Below, piece by piece: positions 28,284-36,950 of a stretch of DNA of 64,000 nt. The notes under the pieces were generated by a model. That model saw only the letters and a program-made list of their open reading frames with translations. It was not told the DNA's origin and did no database searches. The stretch's first letter is position 1. Every line of letters starts with the position of its first letter. The stretch is from Escherichia phage KEP4, in the sequence record PP047754; one strand, given 5' to 3'. The translations under genes were made by a program, and so were the position numbers.

Positions 28284-28370
28284 ATTGCTTCAACTGGATT
28301 CGAACCAGTGACCTCAGGCACCTTGTTCTCTCGAAACTTTCCTGCGCTCTACCACTCGAGCTATGAAGCA
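28284..28370 (-). pseudogene. tRNA-like element without an anticodon stem (probable pseudo-tRNA)
   Basis: Reverse complement has a 7-bp acceptor stem (TGCTTCA/TGAAGCA), canonical D-arm GCTC-GAGTGGTA-GAGC and T-arm ACTGG-TTCGAAT-CCAGT, but a sliding 5-bp/7-nt/5-bp scan of the 35-nt middle segment finds no anticodon stem. Confidence 0.35.
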
Positions 28371-28373
28371 ATT

Positions 28374-28462
28374 TGGCGGAAGGTGAAGGATTCGAACCTT
28401 CGGGGGCTAAAAGCCCCACTCGATTAGCAGTCGAGTCCCTTAAACCTCTCGGGCAACCTTCC
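28374..28462 (-). tRNA. tRNA-Ser (anticodon GCT), type II with long variable arm, CCA encoded
   Basis: Reverse complement folds as GGAAGGT/ACCTTCC acceptor, anticodon stem CTCGA/TCGAG with loop CTGCTAA, variable arm GGGGCTTTTAGCCCCC, T-arm GAAGG-TTCGAAT-CCTTC, discriminator G plus CCA. Confidence 0.8.
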
Positions 28463-29002
28463 AATTTGGAGCGGGAGAGCAGTCAGCTACTGGCCAACCC
28501 CTATGGCTCCCGCGAAATTAGGACGGGCTTCACACCCGATTGTGCATTTGATCTGCCGTAGCCCAACTCCCCGCGCTTATCAGCGCCGATTGGTTAACTG
28601 GCACCAGTGCCTTCTGGTTCGATCTCCTGGAACTTTACAGGCTTCGTGCCCGACCATTTCTGGAAGTTGGGGCATCGTTTCCGATGTGGAGTCACCCCAT
28701 TTTATACACAGCTGGCTGCAACGCTTACTGTGTTTGGTCTACCACCACGTGCTGGGCCACGCTTGAGGACATCGGCCATCCTTCCTCAGCTAATCCACGC
28801 GGTGGTAGATTTTGTATCAGAGTGTCCGGTGTAGCTTTCCGTGAGGTGCGCACTACTGTAGCCTCTACACTCTGAATTTGGTGGGCGTTACTTTCGTCGG
28901 GTTCGGATTCCGTTCGGCTATTGGACGTCGCTCGAGAGAACTTGTCGTTCGCGTACTTCGTGCTTACTTGCTTTCGTTTCACACCCATTGTTTGTCGTCG
29001 GG

Positions 29003-29023
29003 CGGGGGATTCAAACCCCAATC
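29003..29023 (-). ncRNA. tRNA-like T-arm fragment
   Basis: GGGG-TTTGAAT-CCCC motif in reverse complement followed by an acceptor-like strand; no matching 5-prime half. Confidence 0.2.
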
Positions 29024-29130
29024 TTTAGTTTGTGTTTCTTCAAAGCTATCATATGTTCACTTTGAATACTAGACTCCCCTGGACATCAAAACAGAATCTC
29101 TATTCCATCCTGCAAGACCCGACATAATCC

Positions 29131-29206
29131 TGGCGACGATGGCAGGACTTGAACCTGCGACATACGGTTTAACAGACCGCCGTTCTACCGACTGAACTAC
29201 ATCGTC
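29131..29206 (-). tRNA. tRNA-Asn (anticodon GTT), CCA encoded
   Basis: 76-nt cloverleaf: acceptor GACGATG/CATCGTC, D-arm GTTC-AGTCGGTA-GAAC, anticodon stem GCGGT/ACCGT with loop CTGTTAA, T-arm GCAGG-TTCAAGT-CCTGC, discriminator G plus CCA. Confidence 0.85.
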
Positions 29207-29619
29207 ATTTATTCTTACTTTCGTAAACATTCTTTATTTTGCATGAAGACCCAGGGCAGGATCATAACGATCGTAAGTTTTTGGATGAGACCCGTTCTTG
29301 ATGCTCACCATCCGACCTTCCCAACTAGCGCGAATTCTGTTGGAAATCACCACCCAAATATTCTTCATAATATAGAACCCTTCAACTATGTTTATTCGCT
29401 TCGATCGCCCTTAATTGGGCGTCCGCGTCAGCTTTGGTGTCATGTGTCCCAAGAACTTTAGTCTTGGTGTGGTCAAGGACAACCCACTTATCGCCTCGCT
29501 TTTCAACAAACTCAACAATCTCTTTGTTGTCAGTAGCGAGGCCATCCCACTCAGTAAGAAACTCACCGAACGTTTTCATCATACTCACCAATTGTTTATT
29601 GAACAACTGGTTTATTTAG

Positions 29620-29695
29620 TGGTGACCCTGGCTGGACTTGAACCAGCGACCAATCGATTATGAGTCGACTGCTCTAACCACTGAGCTACGGGGCC
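29620..29695 (-). tRNA. tRNA-Met (anticodon CAT; elongator Met or lysidine-Ile type), CCA encoded
   Basis: 76-nt cloverleaf: acceptor GGCCCCG/CAGGGTC (one mismatch, one GU), D-arm GCTC-AGTGGTTA-GAGC, anticodon stem GTCGA/TCGAT with loop CTCATAA, T-arm GCTGG-TTCAAGT-CCAGC. Confidence 0.8.
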
Positions 29696-29758
29696 AAAAT
29701 TTGGCGGGGTCTGAGGATTTTCACCTCACCTGCTGGATTGGCCTCCAGCTGTTCTCTA

Positions 29759-29784
29759 TGAGGATTCGATGCGCGCGCATCGAA
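29759..29784. repeat. perfect 26-nt palindrome
   Basis: GGATTCGATGCGC|GCGCATCGAATCC is an exact reverse-complement palindrome. Confidence 0.6.
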
Positions 29785-30016
29785 TCCCTTAAACTATCGC
29801 CCCATAATTTATTGTGTGACCAACCAAGGTCTCTCAACCCTTTATCCCGTTTGTGCATGATCAGTTCATGCATGCCTGTTTGTGCGCCTCGCGGCAACGC
29901 GCTTCTGTGGGTCTTTGGCTTGCACCGTAGCCTCACCACAGGCGTTTATTTTTCCAGGGCTTTCCACTTGCAAGTCTTGACCATACAGGGATACGGGCTT
30001 GCAAGATCGGGTTGGA

Positions 30017-30096
30017 CACAACTTTGATGGCTCTGGTACTAAAGATCCCGCGTCACCCATAGACATGGTTTATAAAATCCAGAGCCATCAAAGTTG
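30017..30096. repeat. long inverted repeat (about 18-bp perfect stem, about 42-nt loop)
   Basis: CAACTTTGATGGCTCTGG at 30018-30035 is the exact reverse complement of CCAGAGCCATCAAAGTTG at 30078-30095. Confidence 0.55.
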
Positions 30097-30475
30097 CAAC
30101 CAAATGTTACAACTCGCATTCAATGTCTTCGTCACACCGAATACTTGTCCTCTATCGCTCGGACCAAACGAGGCTGGCCGAAGAAACAAAACACCACTCA
30201 ACACTAGAGCAAGGATGTGGTTGATGGCCACGATGTAATGTCTCTATCGAAGAGTGATCACACTTGTCAGATGATCACTGTTTTGCGAACTCGAGAATAC
30301 TGCGCCTGTCTCGGGTTTCCCCTTAGTTCGGCCTCTCATTGTTCGTCCGGTCAGGGAGCTACCCTTGATGACCAGCTTATATTGAGATCTTCGCCAGCGC
30401 CCACCAGTGTCTAGAATGTGTAGGCGTCGAGGTCTGCAAGGCATTGCCCTATTTCATACAACGCTCTCTCAAGTA

Positions 30476-30608
30476 CGCAAATCGAAGTTCTCTGGGCTTA
30501 ACAGGTTCGACCCAACATGTTGTATATCGCCTAACTTACTCATGGGACGGCCACTTCTGTGTACAGACCTTGAGGGTTAAAAGATATACCCAGAGAACTT
30601 CGATTTGC
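30476..30608. repeat. long inverted repeat (20-bp perfect stem, about 93-nt loop)
   Basis: CGCAAATCGAAGTTCTCTGG (30476-30495) and CCAGAGAACTTCGATTTGCG (30589-30608) are exact reverse complements; a second hairpin TGTGGGGG-CAAA-CCCCCCACA follows at 30610-30630. Confidence 0.55.
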
Positions 30609-30894
30609 GTTGTGGGGGCAAACCCCCCACACGGCTACTTCTTTAACAGGGATTGCTAGCCCTGGGGATTCCACTGTTTAAGGCTTTATCCCATAACGCC
30701 CGAGGCGCGTTTTAACTTATTGAAGCTTGCATAACTGCAAACTGATGCGCTGTGAGACACATCTTTGAGGGCACTCAGTGTACAACAGGCTCCGATATTT
30801 CATAGGGCATTACTGCCTCGGATTTAAGTTGCCTTTCTCCTGAAACTCCATACAGTCTCGCGTCTGACGCGGAATGCCCTCAAAGATATGGAGC

Positions 30895-30925
30895 CGTTTT
30901 AGGGAGTCGAACCCAAATGCTTGGC
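30895..30925 (-). ncRNA. tRNA-like T-arm fragment
   Basis: GGG-TTCGACT-CCC in reverse complement; no acceptor complement found. Confidence 0.2.
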
Positions 30926-31016
30926 CAGCGCTGACCTTACATCCCATCTGACTTAGGCAACCCACCTCTGCCTACTCAGGAGCTTATCCCCTTTGGACAG
31001 TCAGATATAACGGCGT

Positions 31017-31045
31017 TGGGATTGGAGGAAGGACTCGAACCTTCT
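31017..31045 (-). ncRNA. tRNA-like 3-prime fragment with encoded CCA
   Basis: Reverse complement GAAGG-TTCGAGT-CCTTC-CTCCAAT-C-CCA; no 5-prime acceptor strand (ATTGGAG) nearby. Confidence 0.25.
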
Positions 31046-31300
31046 CATGTACGCTCCTGATTTCTCAGAAGTAGTCTGCTCCCATCGACCTATTAAGTAC
31101 ACGCTCCGCTCATTGTCGACGGGAGATTATTAATCACACCCTCCCGTCTATTTTAGTGCGCCGAATTTGGTGATGAGGAATCGGAAGACCTCACTGGTGT
31201 ATGGCTATTAAGCTACTGCCAGGAACGTGTTATCATTAGCGATTATTTTTGTGGTCAGTTTCTAAAAACCCGCAAAGTCACGCACAACGAAAACGAAAAC

Positions 31301-31365
31301 CTGTTTGAGTCCTAAACCTACCTGTCTTGGTCTCACATCGCTATGAGTGGCCAGGACTCAAACAG
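31301..31365. repeat. inverted repeat (13-bp perfect stem, about 39-nt loop)
   Basis: CTGTTTGAGTCCT (31301-31313) is the exact reverse complement of AGGACTCAAACAG (31353-31365). Confidence 0.5.
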
Positions 31366-31427
31366 CTTGCCGTTCAGTGAGTTAACTATACTTTGTAACC
31401 CGTTATTGATAAAACCTTTTATTTTTG

Positions 31428-31500
31428 TTGGCGAGGGTGCGGAATCGAACCACACTTCTGAGCGCTACCCCGTGTCATCAATGCACCACCTCACCATCGA
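31428..31500 (-). ncRNA. truncated tRNA-like element
   Basis: Acceptor-like GGTGAGG/CCTCGCC pairing and T-arm TGTGG-TTCGATT-CCGCA, but the body is about 8 nt too short for D plus anticodon arms. Confidence 0.25.
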
Positions 31501-32158
31501 TTTGCCGGAACTTACGCATCCGGCCTCGTCCTGTCGGTGTTCTTCTGAATCCGGGAAGATCAGCAGGAACTATGAATCAAGTTAATTCAACCAACAGGAA
31601 TCCTCTTGTTGCCCTTTGACGCAACATTATGAACCCTCTATGAAGACTCATAATGTTGTCGGCGTGATGGAGATTAGCGCCCCCGACCTCCCCTTATATG
31701 TTGGTGTCGACTTGCCAACGGGGTGCTCTCGTTTTTCTGAGCTAATCACGCTACAACAGGGAGTTTCGTTCTCCGACGGTCAAGTGCGTCCACTGACACC
31801 AGCGAGGTGGCTATTACGCCTCTATTCACACAAGCCCCTGAGACTAGGGGTTAACTGGTTTTGGGCTGCAAACCCGACTCCCACTGTGTTATTTCCCTCA
31901 TGTTTAATACTTTACCGCAGCCCAGCTAATTTGAAAAGTCCTCTCCCCTTTGAGCTACACTGCCCACAGCAGTGCGGACGAACCTTCACTCAAAACCGGA
32001 TGCGCCGAAGTGGGCAACTGTTTACCGGACTGATCGGGTAGACCCAGGAGAGAGCAGGTAATCCCGATCAGGAGGATGAGGAGTAACATCATGTAAAACA
32101 TAGTGTTCCCTCCCTTCCATGCAACTAACTTTACTACAATTATTTATTGAATAAAGCG

Positions 32159-32728
32159 TTATTTTAACACTTCTAACTTCACAACACGACGCAGAAGGTA
32201 AACATATTCGCCAGCAGCTTCATGCGTCATATAATGGGTAGAAGGTGTGGAATGATTGTTCTGGGTTTCTTTTAATCCAACACGTTCTGCCCAACCATTA
32301 ATAGAGTTCCCATAGAAACCGATAATCGCGCCAAAATAAATGCGCTGGCTTTCTGGCTCTAAAACATAGTTGACAGTGAAGCAAATATCAGAACGAATAG
32401 ACTCCAGTTTCATACCAACACGACCTTCGGAGAATTCGTTACGAACATATAAATGACGGAAACGATCGCGCCGCGCTTGTGATGATTCTTCCAATTCTTG
32501 TCGGAGTGAAGAAGTTACGTCAATATTAAATGAAAATGTTGGATTCTGTAAATCGGAACGGGCCAACTCTAACGCAGATTCAACAACGCGACGGAAATTG
32601 ATACTTTTACCTGTCAGGCGTTTCACTTCATCTGTGATTGTTCCAAAAGGGATTTTCGTGGCGCGTTCCCCTTCGTATTTTGCCAATAAAGGAATAATGT
32701 GTTTCATGATTGCTGTGTTAATGTGCAT
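32159..32728 (-). CDS. hypothetical protein
   Basis: 189-aa ORF transcribed divergently from the structural module. Confidence 0.55.
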   Translation of the reverse strand: MHINTAIMKHIIPLLAKYEGERATKIPFGTITDEVKRLTGKSINFRRVVESALELARSDLQNPTFSFNIDVTSSLRQELEESSQARRDRFRHLYVRNEFSEGRVGMKLESIRSDICFTVNYVLEPESQRIYFGAIIGFYGNSINGWAERVGLKETQNNHSTPSTHYMTHEAAGEYVYLLRRVVKLEVLK

Positions 32729-33091
32729 TCCGGAGCCTCACCGAATTGATTAAATGTCTCCATTATTATATTGGAGATACGTTTATTGAATATAAACACA
32801 GGAATGGCCAATAAAATAATGACAGTGATTATTAATAGGTAAAAACTACTTTTCTACAACATCAAGAAACTGTATCTTAACGCGGTGCCCTTCGAGTTGT
32901 GAGTGTTAACGAACAACGAGAAGCAGCCTCCATGGCTGTGGAATGGGACTGCCTGTCAAGGCGGTGTTACGAGCGAGGGCGTCAGCCCCCTCGCGAGTAT
33001 ATTCGAATAAATTAAACGCGCGCGAGCGTTTTGATTCCCGTTGGCTAAATATCTTCAACACCATATTCAAACTCAGGTGATGGAGATTATC
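32729..33091. promoter_or_regulatory. divergent intergenic control region (early-type leftward, late-type rightward)
   Basis: 363-nt gap between divergent genes; TATAAT-like hexamer on the minus strand and the CTAAATATC late-promoter-like motif at 33045-33053. Confidence 0.35.
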
Positions 33092-34873
33092 ATGGCCACG
33101 CAAACAGTTCCTTCACTCGACGTCAGAGCATTTGAATACATTATTAAACAGCGAATGAAAGCTGATCCCACCTTTAAAGATTATGACTTTGAAGGTTCTG
33201 GTCTTAGTGCGATTATTCGTTTGTTGGCATCTGACGCGAACGCCATAGCCTTTATGCAAAACATGCTTAATGGTGAAGGCCATTTGAAGACAGCAAATCA
33301 ACGTTCAAACGTCGGTTTATCTGCTGCATTTCTTTCCTACACGCCTGACAACTATCGGGCAGCATACATGTATGTCAACATCAAAGTTACGCCTTATGAC
33401 GCCAGCACAGCCCCCAATGAGATCATCATGGATCGGCGCGTAATGTTCGTTGGGGCAAAAGACGGCAGTTCCTACAACTTTACTGTTGAGAAACCAGTGT
33501 CGGCAACGTTGACTGCAGACGGTTATTACATGTTCAACAATGTAAAGTTGATACAGGGGAATTGGTTGTACAAGACATATGATGTTGAAGGAAGCGCGAT
33601 TTCAACATATACGATTCCTTCTGGGAATGTCGATATCAATCATATGGTCGTGCAAGTACAAGAATCAGAGTCTTCCGACGTTTCGACGACATATCAACGT
33701 TACAACAGTCCATTTGATCTGAGCCAATATGCCTACCTGTATTTCGTAGAATTGGGTATTGATGGTCTGTATGTGTTTGAATTCGGAGATGGTTATCTTT
33801 CGCGTCGAGTAGAAGATGGGAACGTCATATTCCTTCAATACTTAGAAACTTCTGGTGCTGATGGGAATGATATCACAAGCCTGTCATCAGCGTCATCCAT
33901 AGGCGGGTTTAACCAGGTCGATGTAGAATTGGTTTCCGAACGTAGCGCAGGTGGAGACGATCCGGAATCTATTGAGGACACTAAACGGTTGGCTCCTTTA
34001 GCTTATCAGGCTGATGGTGCTGCGGTTACAGAAACAGATTATGGTGTATTGACTGAAAGGTTATTCTCCAACGTCTCCCGAGCTAAATCATATGGTGGTG
34101 ACACGCTGTCTCCTCCTGATTCTGGCTATGTTTACATCGCTGTTATACCTTCTGTTGGTGAGACACTTTCGGACGCTGAGAAGGCCGATATCGTTGCTGC
34201 TCTGGACAAGTATAATGTGGGATCTATTACCCCCAAAGTGGTAGACTCCGAGATCACATATATCCAAGTCTCAACGACTATATTTTGGGATCCGACTTCT
34301 ACAGTCTACGTTGAAGAACAGATGAAAGTTGTTGTTGGAAACAGTATCGTTAAATGGGGTGAAAATAATCTCGGCGGATTTGACCAATTGTTTGACAAAG
34401 AAATATTGCAGGAAGCAATTACAAAAATGGAGCGTTCTATTAACTCGAATATTACTTCGGTTGGTTATAAACGCCATTTCAAACCCGATTATGGAGTCTT
34501 AGACAGTTTTACATTCAGTTATGGAAGAAGTATCAAACCTGGTTCTGTGAAAATAACGGGGTTCAAACCGCTTCCTGCCGAGGTGGATTTCACTTACTAC
34601 ATGCGCGACAATAATGGCGATTTGAACATGTATAAAGTGAATAACAATGACACGACAAAAGAGTTTTTAGTTCAAAAAACAGGGGTTGTAGATTATGCAA
34701 ATGGGGTTGTAGACCTTCAACAGATCACAGTCTCCAACTATAACCCTGAAGGGGTGACCATAGTCGTGTTACCGGATGGACTGAACCAGAACATACAGGC
34801 TACACAAAACCAAGTATTCAAGATTGGTGATGTGGTTGTTACGCCAGAGGTGCGCTATGTCCAAAGATCTTAA
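33092..34873 (+). CDS. baseplate wedge protein, T4 gp6-like (baseplate J family)
   Basis: ORF 33041..34873; start placed at MATQTVPSL... (GGAG RBS). N-terminal ...KDYDFEGSGLSAIIRLLA... matches the gp6 DYDFEGS signature. Confidence 0.7.
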   Translation: MATQTVPSLDVRAFEYIIKQRMKADPTFKDYDFEGSGLSAIIRLLASDANAIAFMQNMLNGEGHLKTANQRSNVGLSAAFLSYTPDNYRAAYMYVNIKVTPYDASTAPNEIIMDRRVMFVGAKDGSSYNFTVEKPVSATLTADGYYMFNNVKLIQGNWLYKTYDVEGSAISTYTIPSGNVDINHMVVQVQESESSDVSTTYQRYNSPFDLSQYAYLYFVELGIDGLYVFEFGDGYLSRRVEDGNVIFLQYLETSGADGNDITSLSSASSIGGFNQVDVELVSERSAGGDDPESIEDTKRLAPLAYQADGAAVTETDYGVLTERLFSNVSRAKSYGGDTLSPPDSGYVYIAVIPSVGETLSDAEKADIVAALDKYNVGSITPKVVDSEITYIQVSTTIFWDPTSTVYVEEQMKVVVGNSIVKWGENNLGGFDQLFDKEILQEAITKMERSINSNITSVGYKRHFKPDYGVLDSFTFSYGRSIKPGSVKITGFKPLPAEVDFTYYMRDNNGDLNMYKVNNNDTTKEFLVQKTGVVDYANGVVDLQQITVSNYNPEGVTIVVLPDGLNQNIQATQNQVFKIGDVVVTPEVRYVQRS

Positions 34874-35711
34874 TAATGGACACAACGGGGTTAAGTATGA
34901 AACTCCGTTGTTCTACCAGAATGATTTCCCTCTGTTCATAGAATTTATGGACACGTTTTTCAATTGGCTGTATAGACAGCAGGGGTTCACTCAAGAAGAG
35001 ATCTTGGCATATCTGGCAGATACGTCTAGTTGGATGAATCCCGAGAGTGAAGATTCTCCGGTTAAACAGCTGATTGATTTAAAGGCTGACAAGACTCCAG
35101 GCTCAGAGGCCAAGGATTATTTGTCTGATAAATTCTTGGTTCGTACCTTTGAGAACATGATGGCTCTGGATGCCGAAGAACTTTTAGATGCCGACGGAAG
35201 GCCGCTATTGTCAATAGAAGATAAGAACAAACAGATAGATGACTGGTATAATGATTTTGGTTTCCAACGAACTGTTGATAAATCATTTCAGGAATTTGGT
35301 CATTTTATCCCAGTTGGTTCGGATTCTTTGCTGACGGCAACGGGAGACAGGTTCTCAGTTTACATTGAAGGAACGAAACGGAGAACGCTAGATCATCCAC
35401 GTTGGTTGAAACTGTTAAAACATATCTATAAAATCCGCGGAACCAAGAAAGCAATTGAATTGTTCTTTTGGATATATTTTGGTTGTCCAGTCAGTGTCTA
35501 TTTCCCAAAAGAGGAAATAGGCGGTCTGGATGGCAATTTTGAATGTGACGGTATGACAGGGATGCGTGATGACTATTATTATGATGAGTACACTTACGTG
35601 ATAAGAGTCCCAGGCGACGTATCTGATTTCGAAGGCGTATTTGAACGTGTCTTCCGTCAGCATTTCCATCCTGCTGGGTTTACTGTATTCCTAGAAAGTT
35701 CAAGGAGCTAA
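34857..35711 (+). CDS. putative baseplate-associated structural protein
   Basis: ORF 34824..35711; start placed at MSKDLNNG... (GAGGTG RBS), 17-nt overlap with gp6-like gene. Function from position only. Confidence 0.45.
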   Translation: MSKDLNNGHNGVKYETPLFYQNDFPLFIEFMDTFFNWLYRQQGFTQEEILAYLADTSSWMNPESEDSPVKQLIDLKADKTPGSEAKDYLSDKFLVRTFENMMALDAEELLDADGRPLLSIEDKNKQIDDWYNDFGFQRTVDKSFQEFGHFIPVGSDSLLTATGDRFSVYIEGTKRRTLDHPRWLKLLKHIYKIRGTKKAIELFFWIYFGCPVSVYFPKEEIGGLDGNFECDGMTGMRDDYYYDEYTYVIRVPGDVSDFEGVFERVFRQHFHPAGFTVFLESSRS

Positions 35712-35713
35712 AA

Positions 35714-36904
35714 ATGGCCGATTTCCTGAGTCAATATACAGGTCAGCAGATAGATCAGATATTGGGTTCTGTTGACGACAAAGTAAGTAAAAATGACGTT
35801 ATTAACGATTTTGAAGTTAACGACCCATTGTTTCCACCATCTGCTCGCCTGACATATGAGTTGAAAAGATCTGTTGACACAATCAATGATACTCTGGCCA
35901 ACAAAGTTATTCGTACAGATAGTGGTGAACAAACAATCAATGGCAAAAAGACTTTCAATGCGTTGTTGGTGACCAATGGGGGCATACAAGTCCCCGCCGG
36001 AAAATCCGTTTCAATCACAGATGAACCAACGAACTCGACAGATGGTGTTAACCTGAGCATGTTGAGAAAGCATGGCGTCAGTGAAGACACTACCCCGCCT
36101 GGTTCTGGTTTGGCTGGGGAGTTGTTGACATCCGGATATTACAAATTCAATTTGGATTTCACCAGATTGTCTGCGTATACCGGACCAACGTTGCCGACTT
36201 CAGTTCCTGTACAGACAGATTCTGGAGCGCGTTATTGGACAATGACTGCATTTTTTGATGCGTTGTTTGCAGACAACCGATTTAATGGATATGTGACAAC
36301 GACAGCGTATGACGCAGATATGCTGAGTCTAGAGTCTCAAATTAATAACATCAACACGTCGTTGAACGGGAAAGTCAACACCTCGACTTACAACACTAAG
36401 ATGGCGTCGTTGGATTTGAGTATCTCCAATATCAACACGTCTCTGGGTAATAAAGTCGAGGTCAGCACATATAATACGAAGATGACTTCCTTGGACGGCA
36501 GTATCAGTTCTCTCACGACTGGTAAGGTCGATGTATCAACGTATAATGCCAAAATGACCACAATTGATAACAGTTTAGGGAACGCAGTTTATCGCACAAA
36601 AACAAACTTGTCGTCATACACGGTTTCGGCTTCGGGAACGACGGCTCTTCCAGATTTTGATTTGGTGAACCTTTGTCAAATACTGGTAACTGCGCAATGG
36701 GGGACAGGTAACGTTGTTGACACATATCGAGTAACCATAACTCGTGACGGAACGATCAAATCAGAGTTGTTGGTTCAGAAAAGTACGAGTGGTACAGTGA
36801 CGTTCACAGGGTCTGTGGTGGGCGGTAAATTGAGAATTTCCGTTGTTAATGCGAATACAACAACTGCTTGTTCTGTCGATTATTCTATTGCAGCTTCTTT
36901 CTAA
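35714..36904 (+). CDS. tail fibre-like protein with tandem ~20-aa repeats
   Basis: 396-aa ORF; central repeats (NTSLNGKVNTSTYNTKMASLD / NTSLGNKVEVSTYNTKMTSLD / TGKVDVSTYNAKMTTID) typical of fibrous trimeric proteins. Confidence 0.55.
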   Translation: MADFLSQYTGQQIDQILGSVDDKVSKNDVINDFEVNDPLFPPSARLTYELKRSVDTINDTLANKVIRTDSGEQTINGKKTFNALLVTNGGIQVPAGKSVSITDEPTNSTDGVNLSMLRKHGVSEDTTPPGSGLAGELLTSGYYKFNLDFTRLSAYTGPTLPTSVPVQTDSGARYWTMTAFFDALFADNRFNGYVTTTAYDADMLSLESQINNINTSLNGKVNTSTYNTKMASLDLSISNINTSLGNKVEVSTYNTKMTSLDGSISSLTTGKVDVSTYNAKMTTIDNSLGNAVYRTKTNLSSYTVSASGTTALPDFDLVNLCQILVTAQWGTGNVVDTYRVTITRDGTIKSELLVQKSTSGTVTFTGSVVGGKLRISVVNANTTTACSVDYSIAASF

Positions 36905-36950
36905 AACTAAATACCCCTAGATGACATGAATACATTTAGGGGTATTACAA

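Noticed and set aside
28284-28370. Calling the tRNA-like element beside tRNA-Ser a functional tRNA
   Set aside because: No anticodon stem can be formed in any register despite intact acceptor, D and T arms, so no isotype can be assigned.
29638-30414. Short plus-strand ORFs inside the tRNA island (29638..30027, 29999..30238, 30217..30414)
   Set aside because: Arg/Cys/Ser-rich low-complexity translations with no RBS, overlapping tRNA genes and inverted repeats; the region is better explained as non-coding structured DNA/RNA.
28100-31500. tRNA 3-prime fragments as attP sites of an integrative element
   Set aside because: No integrase or recombinase gene is present in the window and the surrounding genes are those of a virulent T4-type phage; the fragments are more likely pseudo-tRNAs.
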